Origin: Octopus sinensis
Lineage: Eukaryota
Direction: 5' to 3'
Assembly (NCBI RefSeq): GCF_006345805.1
Contig: NC_042998.1
Coordinates: 142,476,001-142,540,000, forward strand
Length of the DNA stretch: 64,000 bases
Part shown: positions 11,359-24,240 of the stretch, piece after piece
Layout: each line of letters begins with the position of its first letter
Position numbering within the stretch: position 1 is the first letter of the stretch
The notes under the pieces: model-generated
Told to the model about the DNA's origin: nothing
What the model saw: the letters and a program-made list of their open reading frames with translations, nothing else
The model's database searches: none
Position numbers and translations under genes: made by a program

Positions 11359-12429
11359 TTTGTCTATATGTTTCTGGTGTAAACTACTGGAACTTCTCTA
11401 CAAAACCTAACCAATTCATTGATAATCTAAAGAAAAGACATGTGGCTACATTTTACCGTAGAAATTCTGTTTCAGAGACATATCTGGCATATAATATTAC
11501 CATAAATATGTTGTGTTGTCTACTCCGAAAAATTACAGTAGGCTACAATCAAGACCAAATTTTAAGCTTTTTATTGATCCGTTCAAATTTTTTTAAGTTA
11601 AAATTCTAAAGAATGGTAATATCTGATATTTGTTTTTATAAATTTATTCTCCTAGATGACAATTCAAGTCAGATACGAGGGGTCTGATTACATCAACAAA
11701 CACAATTTTTAGATACCGATCCGCCATTTTCTCTTTTAAGAGTTTTCAGTCGATAAAAATATTGTCTTAATATTTTGCTAAAAACATCATTTTTGGCCTT
11801 AAGTAGTAACACGATTGTATTTTTGGTGATTTTTCTTATGTAAATGGTTAAATAAAGTTATTAATATGTACCTATAGTCAGTTTTAATGACCAGAAATCT
11901 GGTCTATACTCCACATACACTGCAAACAACACAGTACTTAGACGTAACCAGCTAAGTTCAAATATGTCACAAAATTTTTCTCAGTTATAATTTAATAGAT
12001 TGTTTCAAAATATATTTTCATTATAGAAAGGGATTATTGAGTGTCTTCCTCTTTCCTCTAGTATTTCATTCAATTGCATATTTTTTAAGATTTACAGTGA
12101 AAGCAATGTATTCGTGTATATTGTATTTTTCCGACTGAAGAGAGACAAAACTGTTTCCATCCATGGTATCATCAATCTTCTATCATTAAAACCACTTTAT
12201 TTTTCGAATGATTTCTCTAGTTATAAGCAAATTATTATCACATATTATTTTTCACTGCTATAATAAGTTGTTGTAGAACTCAAGTCAGTATTTAAATTAT
12301 TTACAAAGACTAATTTGCCAAAGAATTTGAGATCCACAAAGATTGTTTACATCACCTTTACAAAGCTATCTTCTACTCTATATTTTGGTTATATTTCCAT
12401 ACTCTCTGGATCCAGTAGTATTTCACTGA

Positions 12430-12516
12430 AAATGATACAAATATAATAGGAAATGCTGGATACATACATGCACACACATACATAAATATATATCCATATA
12501 TATATATATATAATAT

Positions 12517-12560
<44 letters not shown>

Positions 12561-12593
12561 TATACATATACATACATATATATACCCACACAC

Positions 12594-12640
<47 letters not shown>

Positions 12641-12763
12641 ACACACACACATATGAACATCTATACATACATATACATTTATGTATACATACGTACATAT
12701 GTATACATGTATATATATATGTGTATATATATATATATAAATATATGTATGTGTGTGCATATG

Positions 12764-12790
<27 letters not shown>
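12430..12790. repeat. Compound (TA)n/(CA)n microsatellite tract
   Basis: Directly visible. Similar tracts at about 13620..13800, 19855..19952, 40140..40232, 55560..55810 and 57220..57420. Confidence 0.95.
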
Positions 12791-12794
<4 letters not shown>

Positions 12795-14899
12795 TTATGG
12801 TATGTAGGTAAGGTTATAATCAAAGTTGTGTCCTGAAGAGGTACTTCTGCATTTTCCAGTAATCCAAGGTACATGTGTACTTGTTATATTTTACATGAGA
12901 GTTGAAAATACTAGAAAATACATTTTGCAGAGTAATTACATATGAAAAGAAAAACTTGAGGAAATTCTGGTTTTATTTATTACACATTACATGTTTCATT
13001 ACTGCATGTGTGTGTGTTAGGAAGGACTACCAGCTGTAGAAACCATGCCAAAACAGACATGGAGCCTGAGCAGCTCCAGCTGGCCAATTCCTGTCAAACT
13101 GTCCAACCTATGGAAAATGGACATTATATGATGATGTTAATAGTATATGTATATATTAAGTAGGTAGGGAAAAATCCAAGTTGTGTTCTCTTGAAGCACA
13201 TCTGCTTATTACAATTCTGTATGTAGTAGCTATTACTGTTGCATTGATGTGAGGTAGATATTAGAGTTGAAAATTTTAGAAATATTGTTTGCAAAGTTAT
13301 ATAACAAAACAAGAATCTGGAATATTTTTTGGTATTATTTATTCACTATTACATATGTTTCATTTGCTAACAGGAATCACAAATTTCCTAAAAAAAAAAA
13401 AAAATCATACAGAGAATCAAATAATACAAAATATACATTTGGATATATTTTGTATGGGACATGAGCATGGCTGTATGGTTGGAAGTTTACTTCCCAACCA
13501 CATTGCTGAGGGTTCAAACCACAGCATGACATCTTGGGCAAGTGTTTTCAAAGATAGTTGTGGGCTGATCAAAGCCTTGTGTGTGGATTTGTTAACTGGA
13601 AACTGAAAGAAGCCTGCCATATATATATATATATATAAACATATATGTGTGTGTGTGTATATAAATATACATATATGTATATATATATATAGATATATAT
13701 ATACTATATATAGATATATATAAATATTTATAATTTTGTATTTTATATATATATAGCGGCATACATACACTTTGTTCTCTTATATATGTATATATATATA
13801 TAACGGGAAGGTTTACGAAAATAAACAAAAGACGAAGGCAGGTGGAGTACAAACAAACAAATGTATTAGTATGCCGCTCAGGAATAGAAATAGAACAAGT
13901 CTTTTACGTTTGAAGCCTACGCTCTTCGACAGAAAGATACACAGAAAAGAAACAAGGAGAGAAAAAAATGCATGTAGGAGCTAACGGTCTATCATGGCAT
14001 TCTGACTTCAGGCAGTATCCCACCTATGCCAGCATGGAAGGCAGATGTTAAATGATGATGATATGTAAAATTGTTTTTATTATAACTGAACATAGTCCTG
14101 TGATGCATATGGACAAGGACAGCTGTGTAAAAAAGTACTGATCTCTAACTGGCGGAAACCTGTGGAAGAGATAGACCCAAGAAGACGTGACAACGTGGTG
14201 AAGCATGATCTTTGAATGTTGAGCCTCACGGAGGTAATGACAGGTAACCGAGAACTTTGGTGATAAGCCAAGTGAAATTGTCATGGTCATTGCTGGTGTC
14301 ATGTAAATGGCACCCATGCCGGTGGCACATAAAAAGCCCCCATTATACTGTATAATACATAAACCCATGTATACTCACAGAAAAAGCACACGTGCACATA
14401 CTTATGATGAAATATAAGAAATAGAGATAAAGAAGTAAATAGATGAGAAAAAAACATATACAGATACAAATAACATAGTAATCAAACCCATATACACATA
14501 GACAGGTGTACACACACTCACATACATACACACACACATGCACACACACACAGATACAGACAAATGCATATGCAGATAAGGATTGCACATCACAGAAAAA
14601 ACAGGAGGAGACATAGATGGAAGGGCCGCTGGAAAGGTCACAAATGTGTGAAGAAAGATTTCCAGACAATGGACATAAGATAAAATAAGAACAATGATAA
14701 ATGAGAGTGAAGAACAATATATAGTGTGTGTGTTTGACAAGAAAAAATGTAAAAATTACCATCCCAAAATATAACAATATCTGTTTCCAGGAATCTTGGA
14801 AAACAAATTCGTAAGCAAAATACAATAATCCATCTAAAAAATAAAGGTATTTTAAAAAATCAAAAAAGATCAAGTAGACTATAGCTGGGAGATAACAAT

Positions 14900-15190
14900 T
14901 TTCTGAAAGTAGCTACCCATAGCTTCCACCATGCCCTGGAACCTAGAAAATGCATTCCTTAATGTGTCCCTGGGAAGACTTTCAAACACCTTCTTGATCT
15001 TGGCCTTGGTTTTGCAGGCAGCGTTCCTGGTGTCTTTCTATCCATGCCACACATATAGTAATCCATAGGACCCAAATTTTCTCAATTAGAAGTTGTAGAA
15101 ATTCTCCGTCAACCAATTCTGACACTTTCTGAAGGTATGGCACGGAGCTGAATCTCGCAGTCAGGGATATGACCTTCAAGTAGCAACCCT
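14900..15190 (-). mobile_element. Tc1-like transposase C-terminal relic
   Basis: Reverse translation gives RDSAPCHTFRKCQNWLTENF...KIKKVFESLPRDTLRNAFSRFQGMVEA. Confidence 0.65.
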
Positions 15191-17215
15191 CTTCAACAAG
15201 AGATTGACGACAGCCTACAGCAGCTTTACATAGTGATCTGAATGAAGCCTAAAGTACTGTTCAATGATGTGGGGATGAATGCTGGCAAATAGATACTATC
15301 AGAATGCCTACTATGTCCACTCCTGCTGATCATGGCTTTGTAGTCTCTGTTGCAGCTGCTCATGTCATGTCTTACAGCTTTTACAAAGTTTGCAGAGTAT
15401 TGACCAGTAGTCATGTTGTCAGCATATTGACACCTTATGTGAATCATCATGTACACTTCTCCAATATTCATATGGTTTCCAGTCCTCTATTTTAGCTAAC
15501 TTTTTCTCAACTACAACTTTAATCTTTATACTCTCCAATGCATCAAGCTGTTCCTGAAAAAAGGATACATTAAAAAAAATCACCAAATTTTACCCAAACA
15601 TATATATATGGGGCATAAAACTGACCATAATATTCTGACCAATTACATGCTGTAATCAGGGAATTGTACTGAGACCACTAATGCTTATGGTGCTGCTGTC
15701 AGACATGCCCTCAATCATACAGTAAACCAATCTCACCAGTTATAATACAACAGTATCACAAGCAGTGACAGACTCTGATGACCCACTAAAACTGTAGACA
15801 GAAAGACCAGAATGAAATATACAATGAGCTAATAAAATTCAATGCTGGAAAGTTTTTCAACATTCTTCCATTGGTCCTCAAATAGATTGAAACCAATATA
15901 TACAGGACCAGGGAGTAGTGCAATTCCAGAGTCAAAGTCTGCATGACGTGGGAATCCACATGTGTAATTCTGCAACATTCCATGTGCATATTACAAAGAT
16001 GGCAACACTGAGCAGTCAGTTTGATTCTGAGACCATGCTACTCTTATAGAAAACATTTTTTTCACTATCACATAAGCAACTGCTCCCAACTGTGGTCACT
16101 TCAATGTGTCACACAAACAATAGAACTTGAAGCAATCCGATGCTACTGCACAAAGAATATTGACTTGAAGCAACAGCTGAGCAATCAGGAGAGGCTAAAA
16201 GGATTGAGGCTCTACTACCTACATACAAGAGGTGAAAGATACAGTGAGATATGAAAATTCTTTGAAAGCCTTTCCCTCAATCTTAGGATCAAAAGCCATA
16301 CCAACCACCAAACTGGACACCATTGTACCAGACATCCTCTCCTCCCTGTGTAGTGCAGTATTTCTCAACTGGGGTTCCACAAAAGGTTTCTAGGGGTTCC
16401 ATGAGAAAGAGTGAGATAAGCTAATGCTAATTTCATGATCGTAATATTACTATACTATAATATTGTAATATAGAAATCATCCTAGCTAACCTATTATGTT
16501 ATCAAAAAATATAACAACCATATATATGTGTGTGTGTGTATGTATATGTATATACATATGTGTATATATATATGATATTTACCACATAAGCTACAATTAA
16601 AAAATATGAGAAAGATATGGAATATAATATTTTTTATGTAGGGATTCCTTGAGACATGTAATTTATTTTAAGGGTTATGCAAGGATAAAAATGTTGAGAA
16701 ACACTGGTCTAGAGGAGTGTGCTGAAAACACATGCTTTGTAAATCCTGATCTTTGTTTTGATGCCTAATCTCGTTCTTCCATACTCGTTTTGTCAGCCTT
16801 CCAAATCCTGACGTTAATCTCATCATCAAGTGAAGCAGCAGAGGAAATGGTAGACCCTAGATAGCAGACCCTGTCCACTGTATCAAGCTCTTTGTCATCA
16901 AGCTTGATATGGCCTTTCATTGTGCCCTCCTGAGTGAGGATGACTGTCTCCTTTACACTGATGACCAAACCGAAGACCTTGCATGCTGGTGATAGGTGGT
17001 CCATCATTATTTGTAGAATTAATTCACTGTGAGCAACAAGTGCCGCATCATTGATGAAGAGAAAGTCTCTTATTGTTGCTCTATTGATCTTGGTCTTGGC
17101 CCGAAGTCTAGAAAGATCAAAGAGTGACCTATCAGTTTTCCAACAAAGATAGACATCTCCCAGCAACTCTTGAAATGCATACTGCATTTACAACAAAGTA
17201 AATGGTGAAAAGGAT
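15190..17215 (-). mobile_element. Fragmented RTE-clade LINE reverse-transcriptase relic (best piece 16765..17187), interrupted by other repeats
   Basis: ...SLFDLSRLRAKTK..TIRDFLF.NDAALVAHSE...FGLVISVKETVIL...YLGSTIS...EINVRI, a typical RTE/BovB-like RT C-terminal half. Confidence 0.75.
16356..16706. mobile_element. hAT (Charlie-like) MITE
   Basis: TIRs CAGTATTTCTCAAC / GTTGAGAAACACTG. Confidence 0.7.
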
Positions 17216-19863
17216 TGGTGTTAAGACACAACCTTGTTATATATATATATATATATATAAAAGGAAGGTTATAGTCAAACAGACAATATACCAAATAGCC
17301 AGATAAGAGAGATAAGTTGTTTATCTAGGTATGTATTAAGAAGCTAAATATATACATACGCACATGCACACTGACGTGCACACACACTGATGTTAAACTG
17401 AAGGTATATTAGTGGTATACTTTCTTTTTAAAGGCCTTGTATCAGTTTATGACTTATAGTGTCATATTTCATAAGGATAAATGCAAAACTAACCTTAGAG
17501 TGAGAGGTGAAGTCACTAAGTCACTGAAAAGGTCATGAACAATGATGAAAGAACCTCGACTAACAATTGACTTTGACTCAAAATATCTCAGCTGTTGTAA
17601 AAGAAAACTATACAATAGTTGTGTACAAATGAAAGAGCTCTATGAGATGAATCCTATGGGGAAAACCTTGTCAAAAATATTAGCTACAAAAAAGTAATCA
17701 TTTTTACAAATTAAAATATTTTTGTTATTTTAAGATATTTAGCTTTATAAAAGATGACATCAGATGTCAAAGGTTGCTTAACTTAATGGTACAGAGCACT
17801 TGAGATAATTATTTTGTGAGATTATTTTCCTGTTGAGATTTATTTCTCGACACAAAGACAAAATGGGGTAGCTTTCTGCAATTTCCCAAGGAGAGTTATT
17901 TGGCAGCTAGATGGCCTTCCTAAGATGAAGAAAGAGTTACACATTTTATTGCCTTAGTAACTAGAGTAAACACTTAAGTGATACAAGCTAATGAATTTGA
18001 AGAGATACAAACTATTGTTAATCTAAAATCCATTGTGCTTCATTATGAATTTCTCATAAAACATCAGAAAATCTTTTGACAGTATTTGTCATAGGAAACT
18101 TCTCATAAACATGCTTGCTAATGGACAATTCTTGTCATTAACAACTTGGTTAGGAAAATTCATGACAAGTCATACATCTCCTAAAAACATCTTAATGAAG
18201 TCACCCTAGCTATGAATTTATGCACTCTTCAAAGATCATTCATGTTTCTTACTCTGTGATGCACAGTTTCTAATAAGTTCCAAGGAAAAAACCCAGCATT
18301 CAACACATTGACAAGACTGCATAATAAAAGCTGGGTTTCTTTTCAAAACCCAAAAATACTTGACCTCTAACATTAATGTATATTAACATTAATATACATT
18401 AACTTGTTAATATTTAATATACTCTACAAAGGAAAGAAGCAAGCAGAATTGTTAGACTGTCAGGAAAATTGCTTTGTAATATTTGTTCCACCTTTTTATA
18501 TTCTGAGTTCAAATCCCATTAAGGGCAACTTTGCCTTTCATCCCTCCAGGATCGATAGCATAAAGTACAAGTCATGGTATTGACTATTCCTCCCTTCAAA
18601 ATTGCTAGCCTTCTGCCTAATTTAGATACATTTAATATACTCTAAAATATGAAGCATTTACTATTCAGTGTGGTATATTCAGATTTAGGATTTCAGGAAT
18701 ATGGTTCCTGTTTTAAAGATTGTAGTGATTCTCTTGAAAAAGATTTGTGTTCTTCATTGAGTAGATCAAGTTGCTACATGAAAGTCTTTGTAACTCCTGG
18801 TGATGGAAAATTTTAACTCGGTTTTTAATTTTATTCTATTTAAAGATAGTAAAAATATTAATGATTTCATGCTCTACTGACAGTGCTCATTGCTTATCTG
18901 TACTTAAAACATTGGTCTTTTACAAGTAACTTTTCTGAGACTCTGGTACTTATACACGATAGCTATATGATCTGAGGAATACAGAAAGAATGGTAGAAAC
19001 CCAATCAAATGTCACCCTCTCCAACCCGCTATACAGGCTTATACAACAGATCTCAAAGTGCTACCCAGGATGGACTGCTCCTACCCCAGTAACACTGCTG
19101 ATCCACATATCTGCACTTAAAATCCATTTGGTGGGTGTGGTGTGAATCTGGTTGCCTTGTCTAATTTACAGACAATGATGGATATTCATTTTTTTAATTC
19201 CTATTTTCATGGTTACTTTAATTTATGTGTATGAGGTAGAGAGGAGCATCAAAAAATATTCTGATAGCTTTTTTCCTTGAACTACTGCTCTCTGGAACTT
19301 ACTATCATTGTTTTGTGTTTCCTCTAATCAATGATGTCGAGTCCTTTAAGCTATCTGTCAATCTAGAGATTTTGAATTTCTAGACCCTTTATTCCTCCTT
19401 TATAGTCCCTTGAATTTATAGGCTCCTTCTTTTCTTCTTTGTAAGCCTTGTTTAGGATAAAATTTTATTAAAAAAACCTTTGAATTTTTTAATCCCTTTA
19501 TATATTTATAACCCTCTTGGGTTACCTTTACCATTTATTATGATAGTGGTGGAGAGTCGATAAAATAAGTTCCAGTTAAATACTGAAGTCAATACAAAAA
19601 TTACACTGCTCCCTCTACAAAAATTTCTCACATCATATTACTGCTGTGAATAGTTGACAGAACCCATAGGGATGATTACCTGTTATATATTAATGTCTTA
19701 ACTATAGACAAGTATAGGTCACTGTGTTGTGTGGGAGCATTATTGTTTAATATTAGCCTTGTGCCAATGTACAGAATCAAAGTTTTCATTGATAATGTTT
19801 GTATATACATACATACATATACACACATATATATGGATGGATGGATAGATATGTGTGAGTATG

Positions 19864-19953
<90 letters not shown>

Positions 19954-19983
19954 AGGGATAAAAAGGAACACATGAGTTGATAC

Positions 19984-20164
19984 ATATGAAAAAACAAGTC
20001 AGGATAGAAAATGCTAAAATAATTTTATAAAGAACATTTCAGTACCGGTTTCAGTCACTGAGACCTTTTCAACAGTTGAAAAGGTCTCAATTACTGAAAC
20101 TGGTACTGAAATGTTCTTTATAAAATTATTTTAGCATTTTCTATCCTGACTTGTTTTTTCATAT
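19984..20164. repeat. 181-bp palindrome with a 1-nt spacer
   Basis: 90-bp arms with 3 mismatches, centred at 20074. Confidence 0.95.
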
Positions 20165-20199
20165 ATATTCCCTTCATTGGACACTAAACTCTGCTTGCA

Positions 20200-20723
20200 A
20201 AGACCTGTTGGGGCAAGTGAAATCGAAATCGAAATTGAACCAATCCTATGACTGGCACCCAGCAGTTGCCAGGACCGCTGGACTGACTCCTGTGCAGGTG
20301 GCAAGTGAAGAAACACCATTTCGATCCTGTGCTTGAGGAGATCCATTGAGTCAAGTACACCAACATCAAAATCAATGGAAACTGCAGTTGTGATCCCTGA
20401 GCCTGTGGCACATAAACAGCACCATCTGAAGGTGGCCGATGCCAGTGCCGCCTAGACTGGCTTCCGTGCCGGTGACATGTAAAAAGCGCTATCCGAATCG
20501 TGGCCAATGCCAGCGTTGCCTCGACTGGCACCTGTGCAGGTGGCACTTAAAAAACACCCACTATACTCACGGAGTGGTTGGCGTTAGGAAGGGCATCCAG
20601 CTGTAGAAACACTGCCAGATCAGACTGGAGCCTGGTGCAGCCTTCTGGCTTCCCAGATCCCCGGTCGAACCATCCAACCCATCTAGCATGGAGAATGGAC
20701 GTTAAACGATGATGATGATGATG
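20200..20723 (+). mobile_element. RTE-LINE-associated 3' tail repeat ending in (GAT)n
   Basis: Internal TGCCAGTG-type repeats, then GGAGTGGTTGGCGTTAGGAAGGGCATCCAGCTGTAGAAAC...GACGTTAAACGATGATGATG. Related copies at about 13015..13135, 40700..40995, 51480..51910 and 53990..54170. Confidence 0.75.
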
Positions 20724-22944
20724 TACATGAATCTATGTTAATTACATTCAGTGCCAGATTTGTAAAGGTGACTGCTTAATGTTGGGATTAGGTAATTAGG
20801 CTCACAATTAAAAGTTCATGAATTTACCTCGTAAACTGGGAAGCAAATTGTATTCTTGAAGAAAGCACTTCATTTTGCATTGTTCCAATCAACTGTAATG
20901 AGTACCAACTATTTACTACTGCTCCATCCCTTCTTCCTTCCAGCTGCCATTCCTTGATGTGTCAGGACCAAGAAAGTATCTATTTCTATGTCTATGTCTA
21001 TTTGCAACTATTTGAGCAGCTAAAACAATTACCAAAAGTATGGTAGTACATATTTCCAAGCCATCATTTGCTCACAAGTAATGGTTGGTTGTGTTATACT
21101 TTTAGTGTCAGATTTAGAGATACATATGCATACATCATTTTTGCATGTATGTGTATGAGAGAGATAGAGAGTGCGCGAGCGAGAGAGAGAGAGTGAATGA
21201 GTACCACTTCAACATGCAAAAATATACATACGATAATACACACCTTCACTCACTCACACATACATGCAAAAAGATGTATGCATATGTATTTATATATGTA
21301 CGTATACATGACAACACATCCCTTCACTCTCTCTCTCACTCACACACATATACACACGACCATTTCATATACACATAAATACATCGTTCACTTTCTGCTC
21401 TCACTTCAAAGCAAATGTCTCCTTCCACACGTCATGAAAACAAAAATAAATAAATTTTACAGAAATTAACGAACAATAATTACAAGTCTGCGAGCCAAAA
21501 CGAAGACTCGCCCAGAAAATCTTTAATGACTATTTTGCGTACTTTGCTTTTAGCTTTCAGTAAGGATATGTCTAATAGTCTTTTATCATTTCTGATCGTA
21601 GCAGTCTACCCATTCAGTCGATGTAACTGTTCAAAAGGCACGCCTTAACAAAATGTCAAACGAGGTGGTAATGCAGACAGGGCTATTAAAAGAAATGGCC
21701 CTGCTTTTTTTTTTCTGTTAAAAACATGTTTCTTAGAAATAGTCGTATCCAAAGAGGAGATTTAAAGCATAATACACAAGAAAACTAAAACTTGTGTAAA
21801 AATCACTGCGTTTGCTGTTTACCGTAAATTATTCTTAAATTTCGTCAGAACTGTTACAGTCCACAGAGCGGGAATACAATAGAGCAATTTAGCGCTCAAA
21901 AAGCAACGGAAATCTTATTTCATCATCCGCAAATCTGAAAGATAACGTATACGAGAAATGAGGAGAGTTTGGTGACGAGGAACTGCAAATCTCGCAGAAG
22001 CAATAGAGCTGAACTGATGCGATATCCCAAACTAAAAAGTAGTTTATATGTTTAAGACATTAAAGTAAAATTCCTTTTAACATGAAGAGTAAATAAATAT
22101 AGTTTGGTATAATCAATAAATAGAAAGGTTACAGAGAAAGATATTTTGGGGCTAATGCCAAGATAATACCGATAAAACTTCATATTTCGCCTTCGAAGTT
22201 TCTCGAGATGGGCGGAGGTAAAGAATGTGTACACACCCGTTTTCGGTGGTTTTTTTTTTCAATTTTTTTCGGATTTCTATGTTTTCGTTATAGAATACAA
22301 TTTTGCCCAAAAATCACGTTTTCAAAATTTTTATTTCCCCCTACCACACCCCAATTTCTTAACTTTTTTTTACTTTTTCGATTTTTTTAAAATTCACGTA
22401 GAAAAATATAGAGATTACGAATCTGGGAAATTTTTTTTAACTTCTAATTTTTCTTTAAGAAACACTCAATATCCTTTCCAGCCGCACCCCGCCTCACCCA
22501 CCCGCTTTCAAAAAACTAAAAACTCAAAATGCTTTACTTTCGTCCGTTTCCCGCATGCATAGAATTCTACTGAAATAGCAGATGTCAAAAATATCAGACC
22601 ACCATGTTAAGGCGGCGAGCTGGCAGAATCGTTAGCACGCCGGACGAAATGCGAAGCCGAATTTCGTCTGCCGTTATGTTCTGAGTTCAAATTCCGCCGA
22701 GGTCGACTTTGCCTTTCATCCTTTCGGGGTCGATAAATTAAGTACCAGTTACGCACTGGGGTCGATGTAATCGACTTAATCCATTTGTCTGTCCTTGTTT
22801 GTCCCTTCTGTTTAGCCCCTTGTGGGTAATAAAGAAACACAAATATTAGACCACTACCAGAAATCTCAACATGCTAGAAACAACAACTAAACAACATTAT
22901 TTCGAGAAAAATTTCCCCGCTTTCAAAAACGAGATTATCTAAAG

Positions 22945-23378
22945 CAGTGATTCTCAACCAGTTTTTCACCTGTAGGCCCCCTTTGATTATTATTTTATTC
23001 TGGTGGACCTCCATAGCCATTCGATGTTTAAAAGCTAGTTTTATAAGCACAAAACTCCTATTTTGTTATTCACACATTAACTTGTATAGGTGAACCCTGT
23101 GGACCCCCTTTGATTATTATTTTATTCTGGTGAACCCCCATAGTCATTCGATGCTTAAAAACTAATTTCATAGGCACAAAATTTCTATTTTGCTATTCAC
23201 ACATTAACTTGTATAAGTTGAACTCTGTAAAATATTGGAGAAAGAAATTTAGCTGCTTCCAACAATAAAAACATAAAAAGTTTTTCATGGACCTTTAAAA
23301 TACTACTGTGGATAAATAATTTACTATTTTGCTAACATGGACCCCCCAGGGTTCATATCGACTCTGGTTGAGAACCAT
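22945..23378. mobile_element. hAT (Charlie-like) MITE with an internal duplication of about 125 bp
   Basis: CAGTGATTCTCAACC...GGTTGAGAACCA. An inverted paralog spans about 47523..48952. Confidence 0.75.
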
Positions 23379-24240
23379 TCGTAGAAAATTAATTTGAGGT
23401 ATACTCAAAGTAAGCAAGACAATAATCGCTATAACAAAGCAGCCAAAATAGGTTAGATGAAACTATTTTTCATTAATGATCGAGTTGGCGGTTATTAAAT
23501 GAGGTCAGGAGTAAGTTAAGAATTCATGTGTTCTTAGTCGGAACCATGTCCCTTACGTTGCTAATGAATAATAAAGGAAAACGCACGAACATCAATGTTC
23601 TATATTCCCCTATTCTCTGAGTCTTAAACAAGAATGTATTAATGTAATCAATATACAGAGAAACATAATAATTATTAAGAGGAGATAACTCTCGGTGATT
23701 TCAGTTCAGCTTTTTTCTTTTCTATTTTTTTAATTTTTGTTTATCAATTTCCAAATCATAAACATGTTTGTATGACTCGAGGAGTACATTTATTGAATAT
23801 TGCAATGTTTTGTGAGTCATTGCAATGTGATAAAAGAATACGGGGAAACAGAGAAAACGGTTTTGCGTAGGCAAACTTTTTTATGCTGAAAATATTTTCA
23901 GATTGGAACAATATTTTTAAGAAAATTGAAAAAAAAAAAAAGATTAAAATATTGATCAGCTAGTCGTAATTAGTTCTACATTTAAATGAACAATAAGTTG
24001 ATAACTTGAGTATATTTTTCATGATATGAGGGCGAAAATAATTTCAGGCGCCAAAATCGAACGTCCTTAACATTAAATACACATTTATTGCGCGTGCGTC
24101 CGTTCGAGCGCTTACGCGCACACACGGATACACACACCCACACACTCATATACACATAGAAATGTGAGCGATGACGCGCAAAATTATGCAGTAAAAGTAT
24201 TCTATTTGTGACTGCCCCGTCATGTAAGAGCATTCGTAAA

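Noticed and set aside
12373-12874. Y/I/C/V-rich ORFs here and at about 13.4-13.9, 19.7-20.0, 54.7-55.9 and 57.1-57.6 kb
   Set aside because: Translations of (TA)n/(CA)n microsatellites.
18990-19080. Similarity to about 49915..49980 (CTATACAGGCTTAT...)
   Set aside because: Direct orientation conflicts with the inverted duplication; probably a dispersed repeat fragment.
20200-20560. Short TGCCAGTG-type repeats with variable spacers (CRISPR-like appearance), also at about 40730..40830, 51600..51750 and 53410..53530
   Set aside because: Internal repeats of a dispersed LINE/SINE tail in a eukaryotic context; irregular lengths and no cas genes.
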